Below, piece by piece: positions 51,069-64,000 of a DNA stretch of 64,000 bases. Each line of letters opens with the position of its first letter. The first letter of the stretch is position 1. The notes under the pieces were generated by a model, which saw only the letters and a program-made list of their open reading frames with translations, made no database searches and was not told the DNA's origin. The stretch is from the human T2T-CHM13v2.0 reference genome, Homo sapiens: assembly GCF_009914755.1 (NCBI RefSeq), contig NC_060926.1; one strand, 5' to 3'. The position numbers were made by a program, and so were the translations under genes.

Positions 51069-53614
51069 AAGAGTTTTTATCATGAAGATTTGTTGAGTTG
51101 TATCCAGTGCTTTTTCTGCATCTATTGAGATGGTTATATGGTTTTTGTCCTTCATTCTGTTGATGTGATGTATCACATTTATTAATTTGCATATGTTGAA
51201 CTATCCTTGCATGCCAGGTAGAAGCCTCACCTAATCTTTTGAAAGTGCTGTTGGATGTGGCTTGCTAGTACTGTATTGAGAATTTCTGCATCTAGATTAA
51301 TCAGGAATATTGACCTGTAGATTTTTCTGCATGTGTCCTTGTCTGCTTTTGATATCAGGGTGACACTGGCCTGATAGAATGAGTTAGGGAGAATTCCCTC
51401 CTCCTTAATTTTTTGGAATGGTTTCAGGAGGATTGGTATTAGTTCTTCTTTATATATTTGGTAGAATTCAGCTGTGAATCCATCTGGTCTTGGGCTTTTC
51501 CTTGTTGAGAGACTTTTTATTGCTGATTCAATCTTGCTACTCATTATTGCTCTGTTCAGGTTTTCTAGTTATTCCCCATTCAATCTTGGTAGACTCGATG
51601 TTTCTAGGAATTTATCCATTTCCTCTGGGTTTTCCAGTTTGTCATATAGTCTCTGATGATCTTTTGTATTTCTGTGGTGTCAGTTGTAATATCTCCTTTT
51701 CCATTTCTGATTTTATTTACAGAGATTCATTTCTTCAAATAAGATATGGAAGGAGAAATTTATTCTCTCTTCTTGGTTAGTCTAGCTACCAGTTTATCAA
51801 TCTTGTTTTCAACTTTTTAAAGAATCAACTTTTTATTTCATTGATTCTCTGTATTTTTTCTCTATTTCATTTAGTTCTGCTCTGATCTTTATCTATTTTC
51901 TTCTAATTTTGGATTTGATTTGTTCTTGCTTTTCTAGTTCCTTGAGGTGCATTGTTAGATTGTTAGTTTGTAACCTTTCTACTTTTTTGCTGTAGGCATT
52001 TATTGCTATAAAATTCCCCTTAGCCCTGTTTTTGCTGTATCCCACAGGTTTTGGTATATTGTGCTTTTATCTTCGTTTGTTTCAATACTTTTTTATTTCC
52101 ATCTTAATTTCTTCGTTGACTCAATATTAATTCAGAAGCATGTTTAATTTCCATGTTGCAAATTTGTATATACATAGTTGTATATATTTGTATAGTATAC
52201 ATATTTAAATAGTAGAAATTATGCATTTGTATAGTTTACAGAGTTCTTCTTGGTACAGACTTCTAATTTTACTCCATTGTGATCTGAGAAGATACCTGGT
52301 ATGATTTTGATCTTTTAAGTTTGTTGAGACTTGTTCTGTGGTCTAACGTATGGTCTATCCTGGAGGATATTCCATGTGCTGATGAAAAGAATATATATTC
52401 TGCATTTGTTAGATAAAATGTTCTGTAAATGTCTGTGACGTCCATTTGGTCTGATGTCCTGTTTCAATTCAATGTTTCTTTGTTTATCTTCTGTCTAGAT
52501 AATCTGCCTAATGCTGAGAGTGTGGTATTGAAGACCCCCATTATTATTGTATTGCAGTATATCTATCTGTCTTTAGATTAGTAATATTTGCTTTATGAAT
52601 CTGGGTGCTCCAGTGTTGGGTGCATATATATTTAGCATTGTTATATCCTCTTGCTAGATTTATCCCTTTATCGTTATATAATGACTTTGTCTTTTTTTTT
52701 TTTTTTACTCTTCCTGACTTAAAGTCCATTTTATCTGATATAAGTATACCTAGTTACTCCTGCTCACTATTGGTTTCTGTTTGCTTGGAATATATTTTTT
52801 CATCCCTTTATTTCAGTCTATATGTGTCTTTAATGATAAGGTGAGTTTCTTGTAAGCAGAATCATTTTTTGATCATGGATCATTTTTAATCCACTTAGCT
52901 ATTCTAGCTTTTAAGAGGATAATTTAATTTGTTCATGTTCAAGGTTATTCTTGATATGTAAGGCTTTGTTCCCATCATGTTGTTTTCTCATTGTTTCATA
53001 TACTTCTTGTTCCTTTCTTATACTTTGGCATTGTGCTTTGGTGGATTTCTGTAGTGGTAGCATTTGAGTTCTTTCTCTTCCTCCTTTGTATAACTGCTTT
53101 GCCAGTGACTTTTATACTTTTGTGTGTTTTCATAATGGTAAATGTTGTCCTTTAGCTTCTATGTTTAGGACTCCCTTGAGCATTTGTAGAATTGGTCTAG
53201 TAGTAATGAATTACCTCACCATTTGTTTGTCCGGGGTGACTTTATATCTCCTTCATTTATGAAAGATAATTTTGCTGGATATAGTATTCTTGGGTGGCAG
53301 CGTTTTTTTTCTTTCAGCATGTTGAATATACCACCCCATTCTCTTATGGCCTGTAATGTTTCTGCTGAGAAATTTGTTAGTCTTAAGGAATTTCCTTTAT
53401 GGGTGACTAGATGCTTTTCTCTTGCTGCTTTTAAGATTTTCTCTTTGACTTTAGACAGTCTGAGTATAATGTGCCATGCAGAAGATCTTTTATCATTGTA
53501 TCTTCCTGTGGTTCATTTGAACTTCCTTTATCTGACTGTCTATATCTCTTCCTAGACTTGAGAAGTTTTCATCTATTATTTCATTAAATTAGTTTTCTTT
53601 TAAAAAAAAAAACT

Positions 53615-53889
53615 GATTTATTTTTAGAGATAGGGTCTTGCTCTGTCACCCAGGCTGGAGTGCAGTGGCACAATCCTAGCTCACAGTAACCTAAAACTCC
53701 TGGGCCCAGCCTCCCAAGCAGCTAGTACTACAGGTGCATGCCATGACACCCAGCTAATTTTTTTCTTTTTTGTAGAGATAGGGTCTTGCTATGTTGCCCA
53801 GGGTGGTCTCAAATTCCTGGCCTCAAGCAATCTTCCCACTTGGCCTCCCAAAGCACTGGTATTATAGGCATAAGCTACCACACCTGGCC
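53615..53889 (-). mobile_element. AluJ element
   Basis: Antisense dimeric Alu with J diagnostics. Confidence 0.88.
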
Positions 53890-54103
53890 CTACTTCATTA
53901 ATACATTTTCTAATCCTTTGTTTCTTTGCCCTTAAGGATACCAATAATTTGCAAATTTAGTTGCTTTATGTTGTCGTAAATATCATGAAGCCTTTGCTTA
54001 TTTGTTTTTATTCTTTTTTCTTTACCTTTGTCTGATTGGATTATTTCAAAAGACCTGTCTTCAAGTTTTGAGATTTCCTCTGTCTCATCTAGTCTATCGT
54101 TGA

Positions 54104-54585
<482 letters not shown>

Positions 54586-54639
54586 TAAAAATCAGTATTT
54601 CAAATTCTTTATCTGAGATCTCAAAAGTTTCTTTTTGGT

Positions 54640-54932
54640 GACTGGGTGTGGTGGCTCACACCTGTAATCCCAACACTTTGGGAGGCTGAGGTGGGTGGAT
54701 CATCAGGTCAGGAGTACGAGACCAGCCTGACCAATATGGTGAAATCCCATCTCTACTAAAAATACAAAAAAAAATTAGCCAGGCATGGTGGTGCATGCCT
54801 GTAATCCCAGCTACTCAGGAGGCTAAGGCAGGAGAATCATTTGAACCCAGGAGGCAGAGGTTACAGTAAGCTGAGATTGTGCCACTGTACTCCAGCCTGG
54901 GTGACAGAGTGAGACTCCATCTCAAAAAAAAA
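54640..54932 (+). mobile_element. AluS element
   Basis: Full sense Alu flanked by TTCTTTTTGGT duplicates. Confidence 0.94.
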
Positions 54933-56418
54933 ATTCTTTTTGGTTAAGACCTATTGCTGGATAATTATGATATTCCTTTGAAGGTGTCATATTTCCTTGC
55001 TTTTTCATGTTTCCTGTGTCCTTATGTTGATATCTGTATGCCCTCTTTAACAGTTGCTTTTTCCTATTTTTATTTTTATAGGAGAGGACTTTCCTGAAGA
55101 TGCATTTATGGTGTTGGTTGGGTAGGGTACTTTGGCTTTGCTTCTCAGCGTGTGCAGTAGTGTAGTCTCTGTGTGGTTTCTTTGGCTAGTATCTGTAGCC
55201 AAAGCATTGGTAGTATCTGTGATTTTCTTGGTGGGTTAGGGTGTGTTTATCAGTGGAGGCTGTGGCAAGGTTGTGTGCTAGGGCCTGGGATGCCAGGTAG
55301 GCCAATCTTCAGGCCCCAGAGGTGGCAAGGATGGGGTAGGCATGCCTATCTTTGTGCCCCAGAGTGGTGTACACTGGCACTTGTGTTGGCAACTACTGGC
55401 AGGTCAGTTCTTAGGGCTCCAAATGGCTTGTTTAGAATGCCAGCAGTGGCTGCAATGGAGTAGGTGGGCAGGCAAATTCTTGGATCCCTGGGCAGCTGAG
55501 CTGGCACAGCATGGGCAATGGCAATACCAATGGCATGAAAATTCTCTGGGTCCCAAACAGTGTGTACTGATGTTGGCGGCTGTGATGAGTTGGGTGGATC
55601 AGTCTCCAGGCCTGCAAGTGGTGCTGGCAGGTAGGTGCCAGCTGAGGTGGTGGTAGCAGGGAGGTTAGGTCCAACCTCAGGCCCCCAGGAGGAGTGCTCT
55701 GTCTTGAAGCCAGGCTGGGTGGGCTTGTGCTCAGGCCCCCCACTGGTGAAAGTAGGCACCAGCTGTTGTGAGTGGGCATGGAGTGATCTTCAGGCAGGTG
55801 GAGTGCTCAGGTGAGAGATGGTAGTATCCACACTGAGGCTCTGCTACTGGAGAGGGTGGGGCCAACTTTGGTGGCCACAGCCTGGACCAGTGGTGGAAAA
55901 TGCATGTCTCCTTCATGCTCCAGCATCACTGGGTCTCACCCCTGCCACCCTGACTGCATCAGCCCATGCCCAGCTCACAACCAAGTCCCAGAAGCAACTC
56001 AAGCCCCACTTACATCCCTGTCTCAGATCACAGCAGTGCTCACTTCCCAGCCCCAGCCACTGCCACTCAGGCCTTGCTCACTTCCTAGCCCCTACTGTGG
56101 GAGCATACCTGGCTTGCTCCCCTGTCCCAGCAGTGACAGCTTGAGTTTCCATAATACTCCACAGTCCCAGGGCCACTGGGTCCCAGGACAGCATGTAGTT
56201 TTCCAGAGGCTAGTTTTGAAAATGGTGACTTGCTGAGGCCACTTAGGTCTCAGAAAGGGTGTGGAACCCAGTGCAACCTTCCTTCCTGGAGCTCTTCCAT
56301 CCCACAGTCTCCTGGAAGCTTCCTATATTCGCTTCAAGGGTTGGGAGGGTCAAGGGGTTGTCTTGCCAGGATTGCATGATTCCATGGTGAGGAAGTGGGC
56401 CATTAGAAATCTCCTACT

Positions 56419-57417
56419 TGTGGGTGGCAAGCCACCCAGGTGCCGAGGCAAGAGACAGAGGGCACAAGCTGTTCCAGTGTAATAAAACATATAAAATAAC
56501 AAGAATTATACTAGATACAGATCATAGATATGATTATATATAAATATCATTAATCATTACTTGGTAGTAATTACTCTTTATTCCAATATTGTAATAATCC
56601 TCGATCTACAATCATAACCTAGAAAAAACGAGGCCATACAGAGATAGGAGCTGAGGGGACATGGTGAGAAGTGACCAGAAGACAAGTGTGAGCCTTCTGT
56701 TATGCCCGGACAGGGCCACCAGAGGGCTCCTTGGTCTAGCGGTAACACCAGTGTCTGGGAAGACGCCCGTTACCAAGCGGACCGAGGTCTAGCGGTAGTG
56801 TCAGTGCCAAGGAAAAGTACCCACTACTTAACAGACCGGGAAAGGTAAAGGGAGTCTCCCTTTCCCCAGAGGAGTTTAGAGAAGACTCTACTCCACCACC
56901 TCTTGTGGAGGGCCTGACTGATGTCAGGCCCGCCCACAGTTATCCGGAGGCCTAACCGTCTCCCTGTGATGCTGTGCTTCAGTGGTCACGCTCCTGGTCC
57001 ACTTTCATGTTCCACCCTGTACACCTGGCTCTGCCTTCTAGATAGCAGTAGCAGAATTACTGAAAGTATTAAAAGTCTCTGAAATGCAGAAATAATGGCG
57101 TAAGCTGTCTCTCCTCTCTCTCTCCACCTCGGCTGCCAAACAGGGAAGGGTCCCCTGTCCAGTGGACACGTAACCCATGTGACCTTACCTATCATTGGAG
57201 ATGGCTCACACTCCTTACCCTGCCCCCTTGTCTTGTATCCAATAAATAACAGCACAGTCTGGCATTCAGGGATGCTACTGGTCTCTACGTCTTGGTGGTA
57301 GTTGTCCCCCGGGCCCAGCTGTCTTTTATCTTTTTGTCTTGTGTCTTTATTTCTACAATCTCCTGTCTCCACACATGGGGAGAAAAACTCACAGACCCTG
57401 TAGGGCTGGCCCCTACA
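56419..57417 (+). mobile_element. Solo ERVK LTR, LTR13/LTR13A (HML-4)
   Basis: TG...CA termini, start 'TGTGGGTGGCAAGCCACCCAGGTGCCGAGGCAAGAGAC', perfect 6-bp TSD CCTACT (56413-56418 and 57418-57423), AATAAA at 57241. Confidence 0.9.
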
Positions 57418-57949
57418 CCTACTCACCTCTTCCCTATATTGGGAATTCACTCCTGATGCCCAGCCGAACCCAGCCAGAGAGGCTGCCTCTCCTCCTCCTT
57501 CCCCACTTTTGGTGTTCCCTGTCACTTCTCTGTTGAGTTCCAGCATTCTCTCTTGGATAATGTACTTTGAGTGTGACTGTCTGTACACTGCTCTGGTTCT
57601 ACTAAGTGGAAGAAGTGGGCATGAAATGCTTATCAGCCATCTTGACCACCCTCCAACCAATTTCTTCTGATGAGATGCTGGCTAGCTGTTAATCTTACTG
57701 GGATTCCCTTGTAAATTTTGAGTTATTTTTCTCTTGCTGCTTTCAATGTTTTCCCCTTGTCTTTGACTTTCAGTATTTTAACTCTGATGTGTCTGTTTTA
57801 CAAATCTCTGTTTTATCCTACTTGAAACTCCATTAAGCTTCCTAGATAGATAAATTATTTTTAAATATGTTTAGAAAGTTTTTATCTATCATTTCTCCAA
57901 ATATTCTTCCTGCTTCTTTCTCTCTCACCTCTGCTTCTGGTACTCTAAT

Positions 57950-57950
<1 letters not shown>

Positions 57951-57998
<48 letters not shown>
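57951..57998. repeat. (AGAT)12 microsatellite
   Basis: Perfect 48-bp tetranucleotide run. Confidence 0.98.
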
Positions 57999-58641
57999 GT
58001 GCTTGATGGTGTCCACTTTCCCCTGATGATCTCTTCATTTCTCATCATTCTTTTTTCTCTCTTAGTCTCCCACTTTTCTCTGAGGACATGTTCATTTTCC
58101 TTCATTCTTCTCCCTTGGGGCTGGATATTACTATCTGTTTGCTTATTTGGTTAATGACCACCTGGGTTAATTGTGTGAAATCCATTTCTCCCCTGCATTA
58201 TAAAGCTTCTGAGGTTCCTTCTCATGGAAGGCAGCCTTGGGTTTGTTCACAGTGACCCTAAGGTGACGGTGGTTTGGACAAGGATCTCTTTGACTGTCTC
58301 CTTCCATGACCAAACGCTCCTGTTTAGTTCTGATAATTGCTGGCTGATTGTTCATAATTTGCAACAGTGCCCTGGGGTATAAATGGCTTCCTAGACTGAT
58401 CCAATTAGAATTCGATCAGAGCTCATTGAAGGGATAGTTCCAAAGGTCAGTATTGAAGATTGGTTCTGACTACAGGAGGGCTCTTCCCAGCTATCTTTCC
58501 TTATTTTTCTCTGGCATAATTTATAGTTAATACAAACCATGGTATATAATTGCTGGCAGATTATAGTTTCACCTATATTTCCAGTAAGTTTACCAATCTT
58601 CTTAATATTGCCCATCATAACCTCCAGTAATTCTGAGTGCA

Positions 58642-58885
58642 CCACTTCCTGGCCATCTTGGAAGCTGAGGATAAGAATGGAGCCGCCACCTCCTCGCCAT
58701 CTTGGAAGCTGAGCATAAGAATGGAGCCGCCACCTCCTCGCCATCTTGGAAGCTGAGCATAAGAATGGAGCCGCCACCTCCTCGCCATCTTGGAAGCTGA
58801 GGATAAGAATGGAGCTGCCACCTCCTCCCCATCTTGGAAGCTGAGCATAAGAATGGTGCCGCCACCTCCTGGCCATCTTGGAAGC
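58642..58885. repeat. 44-bp tandem repeat, ~5.5 copies, each with a YY1-type GCCATCTT core
   Basis: Cores at 58652, 58696, 58740, 58784, 58828 (variant) and 58872. Confidence 0.95.
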
Positions 58886-59699
58886 ACAGTAAGTCTGAAG
58901 CAACAGGAACTTAGCCTCAGCAACAGGTAGCTGGGGGCAGGATGAGAATTATTGACATCCATGCCCTCTTCTACTGTGTTCTTGGCTGTACTGGTCTGGA
59001 ATAGAGTTTCTGCCTCCCTGAGCTGGGAGGGTGAAAAGGAAGGTAGACCTTGGTTTAATACCACAGACATTCTCTGTTCTTACTGAATTTTAAAAGATTT
59101 TATTGAATAAATGTTTCTTTGTATGCTGTGTGCTCTTTAGATCAGTCCTTGGGGTGTGTGAGACTTGTTATGACCACAGGAAGGCTTCTCCTGTCTCTCT
59201 TTTCTTAGTTTTCTCTAGCAATTAGCCAGTCTATAGTTTAGTCTGTTACTCCAGTGAATTTACCAATCTCCTTCCAAATGCCTCTCAACATTAGGCTTGA
59301 AACTGTCTTTGCTCTGTTAAAAATGAAATCGGTTTCTTTGTGATGAGGTGTGAAGCTCACTGTTTTATGGTGTGTCTCTCCCCTGGGCAAAAATCACTGA
59401 GCCAAGGCTGTGGAGCTGGGGGTCGGGACAATGGGATACTTCTCCATAAGTGACACCTCCGTTTTAGGACCTAATCTCTGATGGAAAGGAGGAGGCAGTA
59501 GACATGGGTCTTCGCAACTTGCCTCTCCCTGCCTGGTCCTCCGCTCATGGGCCAGTACAAGCCTGATTAGAACCCCAGTATCCTCAGGGGTGTCATGCCC
59601 AAGGCAGAGCCTGTATCCCCCAAGTGGGGCTCTACACAAATGGAGGCCTCACCTTGCAGGAACCCTGGCCAGGAAGTAGCCTCAGCAAAGGTGCATTCA

Positions 59700-61100
59700 T
59701 GTGTGCTGGTGGGCGAGCCAGGTGGGAAGAAGTTTATGTTTGTGTCGAGGGGAGGTTAGTATGTTTGTGTTGGGGGGGGACATATGGGAGTGGCTTGTGG
59801 CTGTGTGCATGTGTAAGGCATGGGTGGCAGTGGGTGAGTTGGTGAGGGCTGGGGTTGGATGGGGCAGGTGTTGGGGGTGGGGGGGGTTTATGCATGGGTG
59901 GGCACATGTGTGACGGCACATAAGTGAGTTTGGGAGGTGGGTGTGGGGTGTCCGTATGTGTGTGGAGATGTATGCAGATTGTGGTTGTGTGGGATGCGGG
60001 GAAGCAGTGTGCTGTGTGGGTGGGGACAGGCACGTGTGTGGGTAGGTGTGCAGACAGCTGTGGGGGTGGAGCTGAGGGTTTCAGGGCGTGTGTCCTGAGG
60101 AGTATGCAAGCGTGTGGGTGGGCCTGTGGCTGGCTAAATATTTGTGGGGACACAAGCATGCCATGTAGTTTGGATGTGTGTCCCCTCCAAATCTCATGTT
60201 GAACTGTGGGCCCCCCTGTGGGAGGTGGGGCCTGGTAGGAGGTGACTAGATCGTGGAGATGGATCCCTCATGAGTAGCTTAGTGCCATCCCCTTGGGGAC
60301 GAGTGAGTTCTCAGTTAGTTCACATGACAGCTGGGAGTTTAGAAGAGCCTGGGACACCCCCGCCTTCTCTCTCTCCCTCTCTCTCTTGCCATGTGATGGA
60401 CAGGCTCCCCTTCGCCCTCCACTGGGAGTGGAAGCTCCCTGAGGTCTCTCCAGAAGCAGATGCTGGTACCGCACTTCCTGTGCAGCCTGCAGAACCACAA
60501 GCCTATTAAACCTCTTTTCTAATTACCCAGTCTCAGGTGTTCCTTTACAGCAACGCAAACGGACTAACAGCACGTGGAAGTGTGTGGGGCGGAGCACTGT
60601 GTGCTGGGAAGGCACCTGGGGTGTTGCTCAGTGGGGGACTGTGTGAGGCTGCAGGAGGCTACTGCATGCTGAGGGCTCGGTGTGGGGGCGGGATCAGCAG
60701 GTTCCGGTGTGTGTGTGCACACACGTGTTAACACGTGACAGGTTTTTATGTGAGGAGAGGATGGCTGTGGGTATCAGTGTGTGTGGATGTGTAAGTGGGT
60801 CTGTGTGTGCGAGGTAGACAAGAGTAGGTAAATGTGAGGGTGGGAACATGAGGGGGTATGTGGGGGTGGGGGTGAGTAGGTGGGTGGGGATGTGGGGGTA
60901 GGGAGTGACTATGTGGGGGTGGGGGTGACCAGGTGGGTGGGAGGTGGGTATGTGGGAGTGACTAGGTGGGTGGGGTTGAGTACGTGGGTGTGGGTACATG
61001 GGGGAGTAGATGTCAGTAGGTACTGCGTTTGTGGAGTGGGTGCATGTGGGGAGCTGGGGACATGTAGGGGTGTGCAGGATGCACCCTGTAGGGAGGGGTG
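59700..61100. repeat. GT-rich low-complexity tract interrupted by the MST LTR
   Basis: Degenerate TG/GGGT repeats on both sides of 60159-60569. Confidence 0.75.
60159..60569 (+). mobile_element. MaLR LTR, MST family (MSTB-like)
   Basis: 'gtttggatgtgtgtcccctccaaatctcatgttgaa...aattacccagtctcagg...acggactaaca'. Confidence 0.85.
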
Positions 61101-61473
61101 TGACCATGCAGGGGAGCAGCACCCCAGGCCTCGGGCCCACAGTCCCTGTGCCGGATAGACTGGCACTCCTGACAGGGCTCCCGCAGCAGTGCCTAGTTCT
61201 CTCCTGGGCGTGGGGCCCCTCTGACCTGGGCCCTGGCCCTAGGCCACCAACTCCTCTTCCCAGGGACATCTCCCCAGTCCAGACCCCACTTCTCAGTCTC
61301 TCCTGGACGAGCTCCTTGGACGACGGGACACAAAGGGGACAAGCCGACGAGCCCAGCCCCAGGAAGGCCCCTCCAAGAGCCCCAGGGGGTCCAGATCTCC
61401 AGGGATAACAGCCCCAGGCACGAGGCCGGAACGCCGCCCTGTGGAGCAGAGCAGAGCAGGGCCCACTGCTCAC

Positions 61474-61639
61474 CTCTCTTGCACAGGTACAGCCACGTGG
61501 GGTCCCACTGGCTCTCCTTGGCAAAGACAGCCTGCCGTAGCTGCAAGCCCATGTACTCCAGGAGCCGCTTCCGCGCCAGGAACGTCTCGCGCTCTGCTGG
61601 CATCAGCGTGTGGAAGGGGCAGCGGGCAATCCTCCGGTC
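61474..61639 (-). CDS. ANKMY1: ANKMY1 exon (DRRIARCPFHTLMPAERETFLARKRLLEYMG...WLYLCKR)
   Basis: 166 nt, cag acceptor, gtgagc donor, phase-compatible with its neighbours. Confidence 0.93.
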
Positions 61640-61967
61640 CTGCGGCACAGCACCAGGGTCACCACAGGGTCCCGGGCCCGCCCCTCACTGCTGGGGTGAC
61701 TCTCGGTGATCGAGGGCTCCTGTCAGCTCTTGTGATATATAACTGAGGACGAACCCAGACAGACACACAAAGCTGGGAGCACATACAGCTGCACCTGGCA
61801 TGAGCTCAGCACTTTGGGGGGTTCACCTCTGCAGCCAAGGGGCTGCTCTGGGGGCGGCGCTAGGAACCTTGAGCCCAGCTTTGCCCCAGAGAAGCTAATG
61901 CCCCAGCAGGGGGCCCTGCACGTGACCCACACTCCCCCTCCTTCCTCATGGGAGGCTCACCACCTAC

Positions 61968-62081
61968 CTGGAAGAATCTGAAGTAGCCATAGTCCACGGC
62001 TGTGCCCACTGCCTCCTTTTCTCCCTGCCTGAGCATTACAGGCTTCAGGATGTCGGCCCCGTGACTGATGAGTCGGTCAAT
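61968..62081 (-). CDS. ANKMY1: ANKMY1 exon (IDRLISHGADILKPVMLRQGEKEAVGTAVDYGYFRFFQ)
   Basis: 114 nt, cag acceptor, gtaggt donor, ankyrin-like 'LISHGAD'. Upstream exons lie beyond the window. Confidence 0.93.
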
Positions 62082-62499
62082 CTGTGGAGAACAGAACCAG
62101 GTCAAACACGCAAGGACATCCCGGCTACTGGGAGCAGCGGAAGCACCGCCTGAGAAGGGCCATGGTCACCTGCAGTCCCCACCAAGGCCGCCCTTGCAGT
62201 GTGCGGGAATGCCCATGAGACAAACGGGGAGAGGGAGATGGAGACGGGGCTGACCTCAAGGACAAGGAGTTGGGGCTGAGCCTCGCCCTAATGATGTCAC
62301 AGCGAAGTCAAGGCTAGGCCACGCCTCGGGGAGCCCTCCCTGGCACCCGACTCCCAGCACCATAGAATCGACAGAGTCTGTGACATCCATTACAGTCCTG
62401 CTCCCCTCAGGCTGTCAGTGACATGAGGCAGACACCGGGCAGCTCTTGTTCTTCATCAGATCCCAACACGCCAGGGGGCATGTTGCTCAACAAGACAGC

Positions 62500-62856
62500 G
62501 AGTGCACGCGTATGCTTGTATGTAGATGTGTGTGGGGCGGGGGGCCAGTGTGTGTGCATGCATGGGTATGTGTATGTGTGTTCATGGGTGGCTGGGTGTG
62601 TGCCTGCGTGTATGTGGGTGTGTGGATATGTGTGTGTGTGTGCAGGTGTGGGGCTAGTGGGTGAGCGTGTGTGGATATGTGCATGCATGTTCATAGGTGG
62701 GTAGGTGTGCAGTATGTGTGCGTGCATGCGTGTCTGTGCATGAGTGGGGGCCAGTGTGTGTGCATGTATGAGTAAGGGCATGCATGTGTGTTTGTGAGTG
62801 AGTGCAAGTATGCCTGACAAATGTGTGAATGCATGCACCTATGTGCATGTGTGCCT
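62500..62856. repeat. Degenerate (TG)n/(CATG) low-complexity tract
   Basis: Dense TGTG and TGCATG words. Confidence 0.8.
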
Positions 62857-64000
62857 GACTTGTGGCAAATATACCACAGCAATGGTCTCTGGCTCAATAG
62901 GTACAACAATCCCATCCAAAGCAAATATCATCTAAAGAGGCTGCCCCACCTGACATGGGAGGAGGCAAGTTCTATCAGGGGGCCTGGCAGGCTCAGGGCA
63001 GCCTGTGTGAGTGGATGGAAACCAGGCCATCATCTGTGGAAGGCTCACTGCTGTGTGCGTGTGTGCCTTGCTAGCCAAGTGCAAGCACGGCCAGAAATCA
63101 GGGATACACAACTCCCCCAGTGAGATCCTCACACTCTGTGACATGCGTAACACACATTCCACGCAAACACTGGAGCCCTGCATTCTCAGCAACACATGAG
63201 CACAACGCCTCGGGCATGGCACCAGGCACAGTGCGGGACGGTGGAATGGCCAATGCCACCAACACTAGTGGCCAGCCTGGCCTGAACGGCTGACTCCCTG
63301 GCACGTGGGGGCATGGGTGGAGTTTATACAGATTCCTCAAGGCCAAGTGAGGCCAGGCAAGGCCTACGCCAGGCAGAGGAGGAGGCTGCTTTCCACTGCT
63401 CCTGAGGATGGAGCCAGCCAGATCCACCCATGAGACCCCCATCGTCTTCACTCTCCTTCCTGCGGAAGCCATGATAACTTGCCAAAAGTCCCATGAGTCG
63501 GTTCCCTGCTGGACATCCCTCCGAGGCCCCACCACCTCATCAAATCTTTTTCAGGAAAAGGTGGGCAGATGGTTGGTAAGCGAGGGCTGGGTACAGGCTG
63601 CCACAGGGGTGTGGTGATGGACAGGTGGGTGGATGATGGATCGACCTTTCCCTGCCCAATGTTGCTGGGGGACTTGCCAGCCCACCCCCACCCCCCAAGT
63701 CTTGTCTACGTAGGGCACCCAGGCCTCACTCAGTCCTGGCACCGGGACGGCTTCTCTGGACAGCTCTGCCAGGGCAGTGATGCAGCCGCCTACCCCACCC
63801 CACCCCCAGGCTCCCAGGACTGGCTACTCAGCAGCACCTGGGATTCACCTCTTAGTCTCACCCTGCTGGGCACCTTCTCCCCTCTGGCCCAACATCTCAG
63901 CAGAAGCCTCTGCCCAAACATCATTCCTGGGAACCTCTGCATCCCCACAGCTCCCACGTCTCCACAGACCCTTCCACACTGACCCCAACCCCTGGGAGTC

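Noticed and set aside
58391-59070. Repetitive ORFs (ASKMARRWR...) and array-like appearance
   Set aside because: Products of the 44-bp tandem repeat, with no spacers and no coding evidence.

Overview
Human-type genomic DNA matching the GPC1 / MIR149 / ANKMY1 locus (distal 2q37 from established knowledge). Positions 1-20694 are the GC-rich intron 1 of GPC1 (+). This intron holds a 35-bp VNTR, an intragenic CpG island (~14.2-15.9 kb) and the MIR149 hairpin (17666-17754). GPC1 coding exons 2-9 span 20695-27918, with AATAAA at 29685. An L1/Alu-filled intergenic stretch follows (~32-39.9 kb). The last five coding exons of ANKMY1 (-, including the MYND finger) lie at 41208-62081, around a 17.6-kb intron built almost entirely of nested L1, Alu and LTR elements. 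I see no evidence of a new protein-coding system; the long ORFs in the ORF track are GC/repeat artefacts. The most unusual unexplained structures are a ~190-bp-arm fold-back palindrome with hairpin-bearing 57-bp repeats inside an old L1 (36858-37370), a 44-bp tandem array of YY1 motifs (58642-58885), and a recursive-splice-type CAG|GTGAGC start on the in-frame-skippable GPC1 exon 2. Repeat subfamily calls and most repeat boundaries are by eye and approximate.
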